Source of the DNA: Candidatus Hydrogenedentota bacterium
GTDB taxonomy: Bacteria; Hydrogenedentota; Hydrogenedentia; Hydrogenedentales; SLHB01
Assembly: GCA_963745075.1 (NCBI GenBank)
Contig: CAVUWV010000010.1
Coordinates: 64,001 to 128,000, forward strand
DNA: 64,000 bases
Reading direction: 5' to 3'
The notes under the pieces are model-generated. The model had not been told where the DNA came from. It was given only the letters and a program-made list of their open reading frames with translations, and did no database searches. This document shows, one piece after another, positions 1-9,046 of this stretch (position 1 is its first letter; each line of letters begins with the position of its first letter). Position numbers and translations under genes: made by a program.

Positions 1-2
1 TC

Positions 3-533
3 ATGGTGCTCGCCACGCAGAACCCCATCGAGCAGGAGGGAACCTACCCGCTCCCCGAAGCCCAGGTTGACCGTTTCATGCTCAAGCTTCGGGTCAACTA
101 CCCGACCAAAGTCGAAGAGCGGGAAATCATGGATCGCGTCGATTTGCTCAACGAAACCCGGGTGGACACCGTGGTCACCAAACACGAAATTCTCCACGCG
201 CGGAGCGTGGTCAATCAGATCTACGTCGACGAGAAGGCGAAGAATTACATTGTCGACATCGTCCAGGCCACCCGGCATCCCGATGCTTACGGAATGCCCA
301 TTAAACACCTGATCGAATACGGCGCGTCGCCCCGCGCGACCATCTATCTCCAGCAAGCGGCACGCGCGCAGGCATTCCTTCAGGGCGAAGGGAACGTGTT
401 CCCCAATGACGTGAAGCAGGTCGCCATGGATATCTTGCGTCATCGGGTGATCATTACCTACGAGGCGGAAGCGGAGAACAAGACGAGTGAAGACATTATC
501 CGGATGATACTCGATACGGTACCGGTGCCCTGA
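3..533 (+). CDS. moxR: MoxR-family AAA+ ATPase, C-terminal part (5' end lies outside the window)
   Basis: ATQNPIEQEGTYPLPEAQVDRF and YGASPRA motifs; directly upstream of DUF58/VWA genes. Confidence 0.93.
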   Translation: MVLATQNPIEQEGTYPLPEAQVDRFMLKLRVNYPTKVEEREIMDRVDLLNETRVDTVVTKHEILHARSVVNQIYVDEKAKNYIVDIVQATRHPDAYGMPIKHLIEYGASPRATIYLQQAARAQAFLQGEGNVFPNDVKQVAMDILRHRVIITYEAEAENKTSEDIIRMILDTVPVP

Positions 534-561
534 TCGTCTCAGAACTGCGAGAAGTGGTGCA

Positions 562-1440
562 ATGATACCCCAGGAAGTCATGCAAGAAATTCGCCGGATT
601 CAGATCCGGACGAATCATATGGTCAACGACATACTCACGGGTCAGTACGAGAGTGTGTTCAAAGGCCAGGGCATGGAATTTAAGGAAGTTCGCGAGTACG
701 TTCCGGGTGACGAGATCCGCCTCATCGACTGGAACGTGACCGCGCGAACCGGCATCCCCCATGTGAAGCTGCTCGCCGAAGAACGCGAACTGACCGTCAT
801 GCTTCTCGTCGACGCCAGTGGTTCGGGACGGTTCGGCAGCGTGCACCGGTTCAAAAATGAACTCGCCGCCGAACTCTGCGCGGTCCTCGCCATTTCCGCC
901 ATCAAGAACAATGACAAAGTCGGCCTGATCATTTTCACCGACGACGTCGAGCTGTACGTTCCCCCCAGCAAGGGACGGCGTCACGTCCTCCGCGTGATCC
1001 GCGAGATCCTCTTCTTCGAGCCCAAAGGACGGAAGACCAACATCCCGGGCGCATTGCATTTTCTCAACGGTATTACGAAGCGCCGCGCCGTCACGTTCCT
1101 GGTTTCCGACTTCATGGCGGACGGCTACGAAGTGCCCATGCGCGTTGCCGCCCGGCGCCACGACCTGATCGGCGTCGTGGTCAGCGACCCCCGGGAGGCG
1201 GAACTGCCGGACGTGGGGCTGCTGTGCGTGCGGGACGCCGAGACGGATCGGGAAATTCTGGTCAACACGAGCAATCCAAAAGTCCGTGAGGAATATGCCA
1301 AAGACGCCCGGAAACGCAGCGCGGCGCGGGACCGGATTTTTCAACGTAACCGGGTCGATACCATTCACGTGCGTACCGATCGGCCGTACGTGGAAGAAAT
1401 CTACCGATTTTTCCGCATGCGCGAACGACGGTACGCCTGA
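562..1440 (+). CDS. DUF58 domain protein (MoxR-associated)
   Basis: G-x-G-MEF-x-EVREY-x-PGD-x-IR-x-IDWNVTAR and DASGS motifs; position in operon. Confidence 0.92.
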   Translation: MIPQEVMQEIRRIQIRTNHMVNDILTGQYESVFKGQGMEFKEVREYVPGDEIRLIDWNVTARTGIPHVKLLAEERELTVMLLVDASGSGRFGSVHRFKNELAAELCAVLAISAIKNNDKVGLIIFTDDVELYVPPSKGRRHVLRVIREILFFEPKGRKTNIPGALHFLNGITKRRAVTFLVSDFMADGYEVPMRVAARRHDLIGVVVSDPREAELPDVGLLCVRDAETDREILVNTSNPKVREEYAKDARKRSAARDRIFQRNRVDTIHVRTDRPYVEEIYRFFRMRERRYA

Positions 1441-1455
1441 CGAAGTACGTGAGCG

Positions 1456-2502
1456 ATGAGTGAGAATACCCCTGAAAGACTGAAAGAGTTCCGCGAACAG
1501 TACCGCGAAAACGCACGCGGCTCGAAGACAGCGCGGGTACTCAAGCCCCTGCTGCTGGTCGCGGCCGTGGCGCTCGGGTTGTGGGGCGCGCAAGTGTTTC
1601 TCCGGAGCGCTTTGGCGAGTTCTGCAACGCGATCCGGCGGCATGTCCCCGGAGCAGTGGCGGTCCTACGCCGTGTACTTGGAAGGCAAAGACCTGCCCGC
1701 CGAGTCGCTGCACGCATACGAACACTATATCGAAATCGCGCCGCTCACGGACGCCGAGCGAGCCAAAGTCTGCTTCGCGATGGGATCCCTCGCCGCCGAT
1801 ATCGAGGACTACCAGAAGGCCCTCGCCTACCTCTACCAGTCGGAGATGTTGGCGCCCGAATCGGAAATGAAGCCCGACATCGACAAAAAGGTCGTCATGT
1901 GCCTCGACCGGCTGGGGCGTACGACCGACCTCCGGCGCGAATTGCGCAACCGGAGTGGCGCTCAACATTCCGTCGCCGATGTTGGCCCAAACGAGACCGT
2001 GATCGCGGAATACGGCAACGTCGTCTTTACCGATCGGGACCTGGAACAGGAACTGCAAAAGTTGCCGCCGGTGTCGCGCGCCCGGCTGGATTCCCCGGAT
2101 GCGAAAGCCGATTTCGTGCGCAATCTCATTGCGCGCCGATTGATGGTCGACAAGGCCCTGCGGCGGGAACTCGACAAAGATCCGGCCATCGAAAAACAAT
2201 TGGTCGCCCAGCGTGATGCGCTTCTGGTGCAACGGCTGGTCGACGACCGGCTGAAGGGGCAGCCCGAGCCTACGACGGATGACCTTAAACAGTACTACAA
2301 AGCCAATTCGGATCGCTTCAAATCGGCCGACGCCGACGAAGCCCCACCGTTTGAACAAGTGCGGGACCGCGTTGCCCGCATGATGAAGGCCCAAGCGGTG
2401 CAGGATGCTGTAAACCAGTTAATATCAGACACGCTGGACGAGCGCGGCGTGAAGTTTTATCCCGACCGGCTGAGTCCTCAGAAAGAGGAGGACGCACAAT
2501 GA
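1456..2502 (+). CDS. Membrane-anchored TPR + SurA/PrsA-like chaperone-domain protein
   Basis: N-terminal TM segment, TPR-like helices, then VIAEYGNVVFT...LKQYY...PFEQVRDRV typical of PrsA/SurA N- and C-lobes. Confidence 0.6.
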   Translation: MSENTPERLKEFREQYRENARGSKTARVLKPLLLVAAVALGLWGAQVFLRSALASSATRSGGMSPEQWRSYAVYLEGKDLPAESLHAYEHYIEIAPLTDAERAKVCFAMGSLAADIEDYQKALAYLYQSEMLAPESEMKPDIDKKVVMCLDRLGRTTDLRRELRNRSGAQHSVADVGPNETVIAEYGNVVFTDRDLEQELQKLPPVSRARLDSPDAKADFVRNLIARRLMVDKALRRELDKDPAIEKQLVAQRDALLVQRLVDDRLKGQPEPTTDDLKQYYKANSDRFKSADADEAPPFEQVRDRVARMMKAQAVQDAVNQLISDTLDERGVKFYPDRLSPQKEEDAQ

Positions 2503-3422
2503 GGGCGCTGCTCCTGGTTCTGGCTTTCACGGCGGTCGCGCAGGCCCAGCCGGACATCAACGTAGCGGTCACGGTCGATCCTCCGGTCATCCCGTTCCAC
2601 CGGCAGACGAAATTCACGATTACAGTCGAGGCCCCTGAGTCGGCGGACGTCGAGTTGCCGCAAATGGCCGGGAAGTTCGGTGGCTTGAACGTGTACGGAC
2701 AGCCCGACTATCTCATGGAGCCCCTTCCAAACGGCCGCAAACGCATCGTCGAAACCTACACGCTCGACCCGATTTTCACCGGCATCTATCCGGTCGAGCC
2801 CATTACCGTGACCGTGGACGGGAAGACAAAAATTGCGACGCCGTCTCCTGCCATCAAGGTTCGCGAACTTACCGAGGCGGAAGAAAAGGCCGCCATGGAT
2901 TTTGTGGAGAGCGCGGGACCCATCGACATGGAACAGCCGCTGTTCCAGCGATGGGAAGTGTGGGCCGCCATCGGGACCGCTGCCGCCCTCGCGCTGGCGG
3001 CGTTGATTTACTTCCTACGCCGTCAAAGAATCGTCGAACGTCTGACACCCGCACCGCCCGCATGGGACGTGGCGTACGCGCGCCTCCGGGAACTGGACGC
3101 AAGACGCTGGCCCAATCAGGGTAAGATTCAACCCTACTACGTGGAATTGTCGTCAATCCTGCGCCAATACATCGAAGACCGGTTCAGCCTTCACGCGCCC
3201 GAACGGACCACGCCGGAGTTCCTGGCCGAGGCGTCCAACAGCGGTGCGCTGAATACCGATCATCAGGAGTTGCTGGCCCATTTCCTGCGCCACAGCGATC
3301 GGGTGAAGTTTGCACAGTTCGAACCGACGACCGGGGATATGGAGCGGAGCTTCGCTGAAGTGCTGCGATTTGTCGATGAAACGGTGCCCAAACCAGCGAC
3401 GGAAGAGGAGGCCGCGGCATGA
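2499..3422 (+). CDS. Bat-operon membrane protein (BatD-like Ig N-terminus, TM, helical C-terminal domain)
   Basis: Signal peptide, beta-rich domain, TM, then YYVELSSILRQYIEDRF...ERTTPE...DRVKFA; immediately precedes batA. Confidence 0.7.
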   Translation: MRALLLVLAFTAVAQAQPDINVAVTVDPPVIPFHRQTKFTITVEAPESADVELPQMAGKFGGLNVYGQPDYLMEPLPNGRKRIVETYTLDPIFTGIYPVEPITVTVDGKTKIATPSPAIKVRELTEAEEKAAMDFVESAGPIDMEQPLFQRWEVWAAIGTAAALALAALIYFLRRQRIVERLTPAPPAWDVAYARLRELDARRWPNQGKIQPYYVELSSILRQYIEDRFSLHAPERTTPEFLAEASNSGALNTDHQELLAHFLRHSDRVKFAQFEPTTGDMERSFAEVLRFVDETVPKPATEEEAAA

Positions 3423-4471
3423 GTCTCCTTCACGTCTTCACGTTCAACGCGCTCATGTATCCGGCCGCACTCTTCCTGCTCGCGGTCGTGCTCCTCTTGC
3501 TCGTGGCCGAATTCTTCTCGCGAGCGCCCGGGGCCTTGAGTGTGTCCACCGGAGAGACCATTGCGCGCATTCAGGGGTATCGGCCCGGTTTGCTCCGACG
3601 GTCCCCTGCGATTCTGCGCGCGGTGGGCCTCGCATTGCTTGTCGTCGCACTGGCGCGGCCCTTGCAAGGATTGTCGCCCCAGAAGGACAAGGCCGATATC
3701 GTGGACGTGATGCTGTGTGTCAACGTCTCCCAGAGCATGAGCGTCACCGACTTCCGCACCCGCAATACGCGCATGAATCGCTTGGACGTCACCAAGGAGG
3801 CCGTGCGCGATTTCATCAATAGCCGCAAGAACCGGCCCGAGGATCGGTATGGGCTCGACCGTCTCGGTCTCATCCTCTACGCCAAGTACGCCTGGACCCA
3901 GACGCCGCTGACGCTCGACTACGCGGTGTTGGAACGCGATCTGGACAACGCCGAAATCAACACGCGGGACGCCAGCAAGCAGGGCACGGCGATCGGTTCC
4001 GCGGTCGGACTCGCCGTCAACAAGCTCCGCAAGTCCGAGGCCAAGAACAAGGTCATCATCCTGCTCACCGACGGGCGAAACAACGAGGGCGAGCTGGATC
4101 CGATCACGGCGGCCCAGTTGGCCAAGGAGTACGGCATCCGCATTTACACAATCGGCGCCGGCTCCGGCGATGAGGTGCTGGTGCCCACGCAGACCCTCTT
4201 TGGACCAGCGGCGGATGTCCGCCGGCTCCCGATCGACGAAGACACCCTGCGTCGCATTGCCGACATCACCGGCGGCCGGTTCTACCGCGCGACCGACATC
4301 GCGTCGTTGCAGGGTGCGTACCGGGAAATTAACGAACTCGAAACGACCGAGGTCGAACTCGGCGATTACTACGAGTATAAAGAGGCTTTCGTACCGTGGG
4401 CGGCATTGGGCGCCTTGGCACTGCTGGCCAGCATTCTGTCGCGACGGTACCGGTTTGAACCGATTCCGTAG
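3419..4471 (+). CDS. batA: BatA VWA-domain protein
   Basis: ALARP, PLTLD, GTAIG, ILLTDG, IYTIG, TGGRFYRA motifs; MIDAS reads NVSQS. Confidence 0.88.
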   Translation: MSLLHVFTFNALMYPAALFLLAVVLLLLVAEFFSRAPGALSVSTGETIARIQGYRPGLLRRSPAILRAVGLALLVVALARPLQGLSPQKDKADIVDVMLCVNVSQSMSVTDFRTRNTRMNRLDVTKEAVRDFINSRKNRPEDRYGLDRLGLILYAKYAWTQTPLTLDYAVLERDLDNAEINTRDASKQGTAIGSAVGLAVNKLRKSEAKNKVIILLTDGRNNEGELDPITAAQLAKEYGIRIYTIGAGSGDEVLVPTQTLFGPAADVRRLPIDEDTLRRIADITGGRFYRATDIASLQGAYREINELETTEVELGDYYEYKEAFVPWAALGALALLASILSRRYRFEPIP

Positions 4472-4480
4472 GAGTCCGTA

Positions 4481-5593
4481 GTGGATATTGGATTTGCATT
4501 CGATTGGCGGTACCTACCGTGGTGGCTTGCAGTTGCAGTCGCTGCGCTGGCGCTCGTATACCTCGCCCTTCGACTGCTTGAACGGCGCCGTAACGCGCGG
4601 CTCCAACAGGTGGTGGAGGCCAAACTGGCCCCGCGTCTGTTGCCCGGTTACGATGCCCGCATCCGCCGCCCGCTCACGTGGTTCACTATCTTCGGTTGCG
4701 TGTGTCTTGCCCTGGCCTTTGCCCAACCCCACTGGGGCCAATCCTGGCAGGAAGTTCGCCGGGCCAGTCGTGACGTCGTGATTCTCCTGGATACGTCGGA
4801 GAGCATGCGTGCTGCCAATCCGTTGCCCAACCGCCTCGATCGGGCCAAGCAAAAGATCGCCGCGCTGCTGGATGAGGCCCCGGGCGACCGCTTCGCGCTC
4901 ATCGCCTTTTCAGGCGCCGCCGCCCTCCAGTGCCCGCTGACGCTCGACCATGGCTACTTCAAGTCGGTGTTGAACACTATCGACACGGACACCATCAGTG
5001 CCAAGGGCACCAATATTGCCGCCGCGATCGATGCCGCGGTGGACTTATTCAAGAAGGAAGACGAAAGCACAGGGCGCAGCGGAAAAGCCTCCCGTGCGGT
5101 CTTATTGATTTCGGACGGTGAACAAGTTTCCGGCGATGCCTTGGAGGCGGCGACCGCCGGGGCCGATTACGGGCGAATCTTCGTCATCGGCGTAGGCGAT
5201 CCCAACGGGACGGAAGTCCGTCTGCCCGATTGGATGGGCCGCTACGTTACCGCAATGGACGGCGACAAGCCCCATATTTCGAAATTGGATGAAGACATGC
5301 TGCGCCGCATCGCCATCGCGGGAAACGGCGCCTACACCCGGTCGAGCGTCGACAACTGGGACATCGACCAGTTGTACAAGCGCTTTGACGTTCTTTCGAC
5401 GCGGGATATGAGCAGCGACGTGCGGCTGCGGCTTGTCAACCGCTACCAATGGCCATTGGCGTTGGCCTTTCTGGCATTCGTCCTGGAAGGGGTATGGCTG
5501 GTGTTGATGCCTTGGTTCCGGCATTTGCGCCTGCGACGCATGGAACGCGCCACCGCCAACAGCACCAGAGAGGCGGGGCAGGAATATGCGTAG
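4481..5593 (+). CDS. batB: BatB VWA-domain protein
   Basis: AQPHWG, LDTSESM (MIDAS), CPLTLD, LISDGE, GVGDPNG. Confidence 0.88.
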   Translation: MDIGFAFDWRYLPWWLAVAVAALALVYLALRLLERRRNARLQQVVEAKLAPRLLPGYDARIRRPLTWFTIFGCVCLALAFAQPHWGQSWQEVRRASRDVVILLDTSESMRAANPLPNRLDRAKQKIAALLDEAPGDRFALIAFSGAAALQCPLTLDHGYFKSVLNTIDTDTISAKGTNIAAAIDAAVDLFKKEDESTGRSGKASRAVLLISDGEQVSGDALEAATAGADYGRIFVIGVGDPNGTEVRLPDWMGRYVTAMDGDKPHISKLDEDMLRRIAIAGNGAYTRSSVDNWDIDQLYKRFDVLSTRDMSSDVRLRLVNRYQWPLALAFLAFVLEGVWLVLMPWFRHLRLRRMERATANSTREAGQEYA

Positions 5594-6534
5594 CCTCGCG
5601 CCGATCGCGATCCTGGCGTTCATCCCCCTACTCGCTCATGCCGATTCGATCCGGGAGCGTCTGAACGCCGCCAACCAACTGCTGCGCCAGGGCGACGTTG
5701 AAGGCGCCTTGAACGGATACCGTGACCTCCGCGTCGACGCCCCGGAATCGCCGGAATTGCAGTACGACATCGGCTGTGCGGAGTATCAACGCGCGTTGCA
5801 GGACATCGACAGTGCCGAAGTGGGCAAGGACAAGGATCCGTTCGAGGAAGCGCGGGTATCCTTCGACAAGGCACTCGCCATGGGTTCCGGGCGCGTCCGG
5901 CAAAATGCGGCGTTCAACCGGGCGAATTGTCTGGCCCAATATGCGAAACATATGCCCAATGATGCGGATCAGAAGGCCTTGGTGGATGCGTACCAGCAAT
6001 CCATCTCGGCGTACGAAGAACGTCCTGCGCCAGTATCCCGAGAACGAAGGCGCCCGGAAGAACCTCGATCACATGCGGTATCTCCTGAAGAAGATGCTTC
6101 AGAATCCGCCGCAGAACAAGGAAGACCAAGGCGAGGGCGAGAATAAGCCCCAAGAAAATCAGCAACAAAAAGACGAACAACAACCGCAGCAGAACCCGGA
6201 TCAAGAGCAGGGCCAGCAGGACAAGGACCAGCAGCAGCAAGCGCAGCAGGAGCAATCCTCCGAAGAGGAAAAACAGGAGCAGTCCGAACAGCAATCCAAG
6301 TCCGAACAAAGCCAGCAACAACCGGAACAAGAACAGAATCGGCCCCAGATGGGTTCGGAATCCGACGAGCAAAAGCCGGAACAGCAGCAAGCGCAGGCCA
6401 CTGAAAACGCCAAGTCTCCGGACCAGCAGACGATCGAGGCTTTGCTCGAATCCCTCGAGGATCGGGACCAACTCGAGCAGCGCTACGAACGGCGACAGCC
6501 GCCTACGACGCGGATCAAGAAGGAATGGTGGTGA
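5586..6534 (+). CDS. batC: BatC TPR protein with Q/E-rich linker; frameshifted near 6016-6021
   Basis: ORF 5586-6146 (TPRs) continues in ORF 5722-6534 (VLRQYPENEGARKNL...Q-rich...KEWW); one extra A in gaagaacgtc joins them. Confidence 0.8.
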
Positions 6535-8273
6535 TGCGCGCGTGGCCGATAGCCCTGCTTGCTGTTTGGACCTTTGCTCCGGTGGTTCTCGCCGAGGGCA
6601 ACGTCCAGGTTACCGTCGACCGCGATACCGTCGTTCAGGGTGACGAGTTCCGCATTACCGTTCAGGTTGCGGGGGATCGTCTTGGCGAACCCGAGCTACC
6701 GGACGTGCCGGGATTGGAGATTTCACCGCAACCCGTTTACCGCAGCATTCAGGCGAGCATCGTCAACGGTCGTACGTCGACCAGCAAAGTGCGTGGCTAC
6801 AATGCCATAGCAAACCAAACCGGGACGATTACCATTCCGCCCATTCCCGTGAAGATCGGAGACAGCGTCGCCGTCAGTCAGCCGCTAACGATCACCGTTC
6901 TCCCCAAACAACACGGCGCCAGTAATCGCGGGAACAGCCAGTTGACCATGGACGACGTGCTCCAGCTTACCGTTGACGTCAGTCGGCACGAGGTGTACGT
7001 GGGGCAACCGGTCAAAGTGACGTACACCCTGTGGGCCCTCGGCGGTTCCGTCGTTCGGCAATACAGCTCTGACTTCCCCGAGACGGCCGGGTTCTACGCC
7101 GTGCCGCGCGACCCTCAGCAATTGGACGACGGCGTCAGCGCTACACGAAACGCTCGCCAATACACCGCGGTCCATTGGGTGCAGACGCTTTACCCCACCC
7201 GAACCGGCGAACTGGAAATCGGACCGTGGAAATGGCAGGGCGTGGTCTCGGCGCCGTTTTCCGTGAGCGCCCGCAACAAGAGCTTCGCGACGGATCCCGT
7301 GACGATCAACGTCAAGGCCTTGCCGGCGCCACCGAAAGGGTTTACCGGCGCCGTGGGCCACTTCGACATCGCCGCCCGTAAAACGAACGCCAGCGCCATA
7401 CGCGGCGTACCTTTCGACCTGACCGTCACCGTTTCCGGCAAAGGAAACCCGGATAGCATTCAAGCGCCTACGCTACCCGAGATTGACTGGGCTTACGTAG
7501 CCGAACCCCAACGCCAACCCGGCAACGATCCGCGATCCGGTGACGACACGGTCTCGCGCACCTTCGTGTATTCGATTACGCCCATTAAGGATGGCAAGCA
7601 GGAGTTGCCGGGAATTCAATTCTGTTACTTCGACCCGGAACTCGAGGATTACGTCACCGCTGCCACCGGCGAACTCGACTGGGACGTACGCCCCTCGTCG
7701 GAGTCCGACCACCAAGCGGTAGTAGACGCGGGCCGGCCCAACGGCGAGGGCAACGTGGAAGTGCTGGGGCAGGACATTTTGCCCATCGTGACGGACGCCG
7801 GCACCCTGCACCGCCACTCGTCTCTGGTGTGGGTTGCCACGCCGATTGTCTTGCTACCTTCCCTTGCCTACGGTGGACTGCTCCTATTTGTGCGCCGACG
7901 CCGGCGGTTCGAGGGGGATACCCGGTATGCCCGGGCGCATCGTGCGACTCGGCTTGCCCAGCGCCGGTTCGCGGGCATTCACGAATTGCCCGATCCAGTG
8001 GACGGCGTGTACAAAGCACTGGCCGGTTATCTTGCCGATGTGTTTAACGTGCAAGAGACTGGCATGACCTCGGCCGACGCGGAAAAACTGCTCGCGACCC
8101 ACGGCATCGACACCGATATCGCCAACGGCCTGGTTCGCATTCTGAAAACCTGTGAGCGCGCCCGTTACGGATCGACCGCCCTGACCGACGACGAATTGAA
8201 CGCCCTCGTCCACGGAGCGTTAATGAATATGGAGCGTCTCGACGCGGTCCGTACCAAAGGAGGCGTGTCATGA
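6534..8273 (+). CDS. batD: BatD family protein
   Basis: Signal peptide, Ig-like repeats, FTGAVG-x-F, YFDP, C-terminal TM and ARYG; TGATG overlap with batC. Confidence 0.88.
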   Translation: MRAWPIALLAVWTFAPVVLAEGNVQVTVDRDTVVQGDEFRITVQVAGDRLGEPELPDVPGLEISPQPVYRSIQASIVNGRTSTSKVRGYNAIANQTGTITIPPIPVKIGDSVAVSQPLTITVLPKQHGASNRGNSQLTMDDVLQLTVDVSRHEVYVGQPVKVTYTLWALGGSVVRQYSSDFPETAGFYAVPRDPQQLDDGVSATRNARQYTAVHWVQTLYPTRTGELEIGPWKWQGVVSAPFSVSARNKSFATDPVTINVKALPAPPKGFTGAVGHFDIAARKTNASAIRGVPFDLTVTVSGKGNPDSIQAPTLPEIDWAYVAEPQRQPGNDPRSGDDTVSRTFVYSITPIKDGKQELPGIQFCYFDPELEDYVTAATGELDWDVRPSSESDHQAVVDAGRPNGEGNVEVLGQDILPIVTDAGTLHRHSSLVWVATPIVLLPSLAYGGLLLFVRRRRRFEGDTRYARAHRATRLAQRRFAGIHELPDPVDGVYKALAGYLADVFNVQETGMTSADAEKLLATHGIDTDIANGLVRILKTCERARYGSTALTDDELNALVHGALMNMERLDAVRTKGGVS

Positions 8274-9046
8274 CCGTTGCAATCCTGTCCAGCCTGATGA
8301 TCTACGGAGCAACCGTTTTCAATCCCGTGTTCGACGACGCCAATGCCGCCTACAAAGACGGCAATTACGACAAGGCCGTGAAACTCTACGAACAACTGGT
8401 GTCCGAAGGCGTCGAAAGTGCCGATCTCTTCTATAACCTCGGCAACGCCTACTACCGGCAGAATCGGCTTGGACCAGCAATCGCGAACTACGAGCGCGCG
8501 CTCCATTTGCGGCCCGGCTTCGATTTCGCCACCCGGAACCTGCAACAGTGTCTCGCGCAGACGAAGCGTCAGCTCAGTGCGCCATTGCCGCCACCGTGGC
8601 AACAAGCCCTTCTCTTCTGGCACAAAAGTCTGACGCCGCAATTCTCCTTCCGCATGGCGGCACTGTGCTGGATCGCACTGTGGGTCGTGTTGGCCGTGCG
8701 CCTCTGGCGGCCGCTGCCCTACCTGCGTCGGACGGCACTTGTATTCGCGGTGTTGGCCGTCTTCTTTGGGCTCTCGTCCTGGGTGAAAGTACATCCCGCC
8801 CTGGTCGCCGTGGCGAACCATGACGGTACTCAGGTACGCTACGGGATCGGGACGGACGAAACCGTCCGGTTCGAGTTGTTCACGGGTGACCGCGTGCAGG
8901 TTGACAAGCGCGCCAACGGGTGGGTGCGTGTGGCGACCGCCGGCGGCGAAAGGGGTTGGGTGCAGGATTCTTCGCTTTCGTTTGTGGGGCCTCCCTATCT
9001 TCGCGCCCCGGAGCCGACGGCCGGCCCGGAGGAAGGCCATACGTGA
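8270..9046 (+). CDS. batE: BatE TPR + SH3 protein
   Basis: YNLGNAYYR...IANYERAL TPRs, two TMs, SH3-like GWVRV...GERGWV. Confidence 0.85.
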   Translation: MTVAILSSLMIYGATVFNPVFDDANAAYKDGNYDKAVKLYEQLVSEGVESADLFYNLGNAYYRQNRLGPAIANYERALHLRPGFDFATRNLQQCLAQTKRQLSAPLPPPWQQALLFWHKSLTPQFSFRMAALCWIALWVVLAVRLWRPLPYLRRTALVFAVLAVFFGLSSWVKVHPALVAVANHDGTQVRYGIGTDETVRFELFTGDRVQVDKRANGWVRVATAGGERGWVQDSSLSFVGPPYLRAPEPTAGPEEGHT

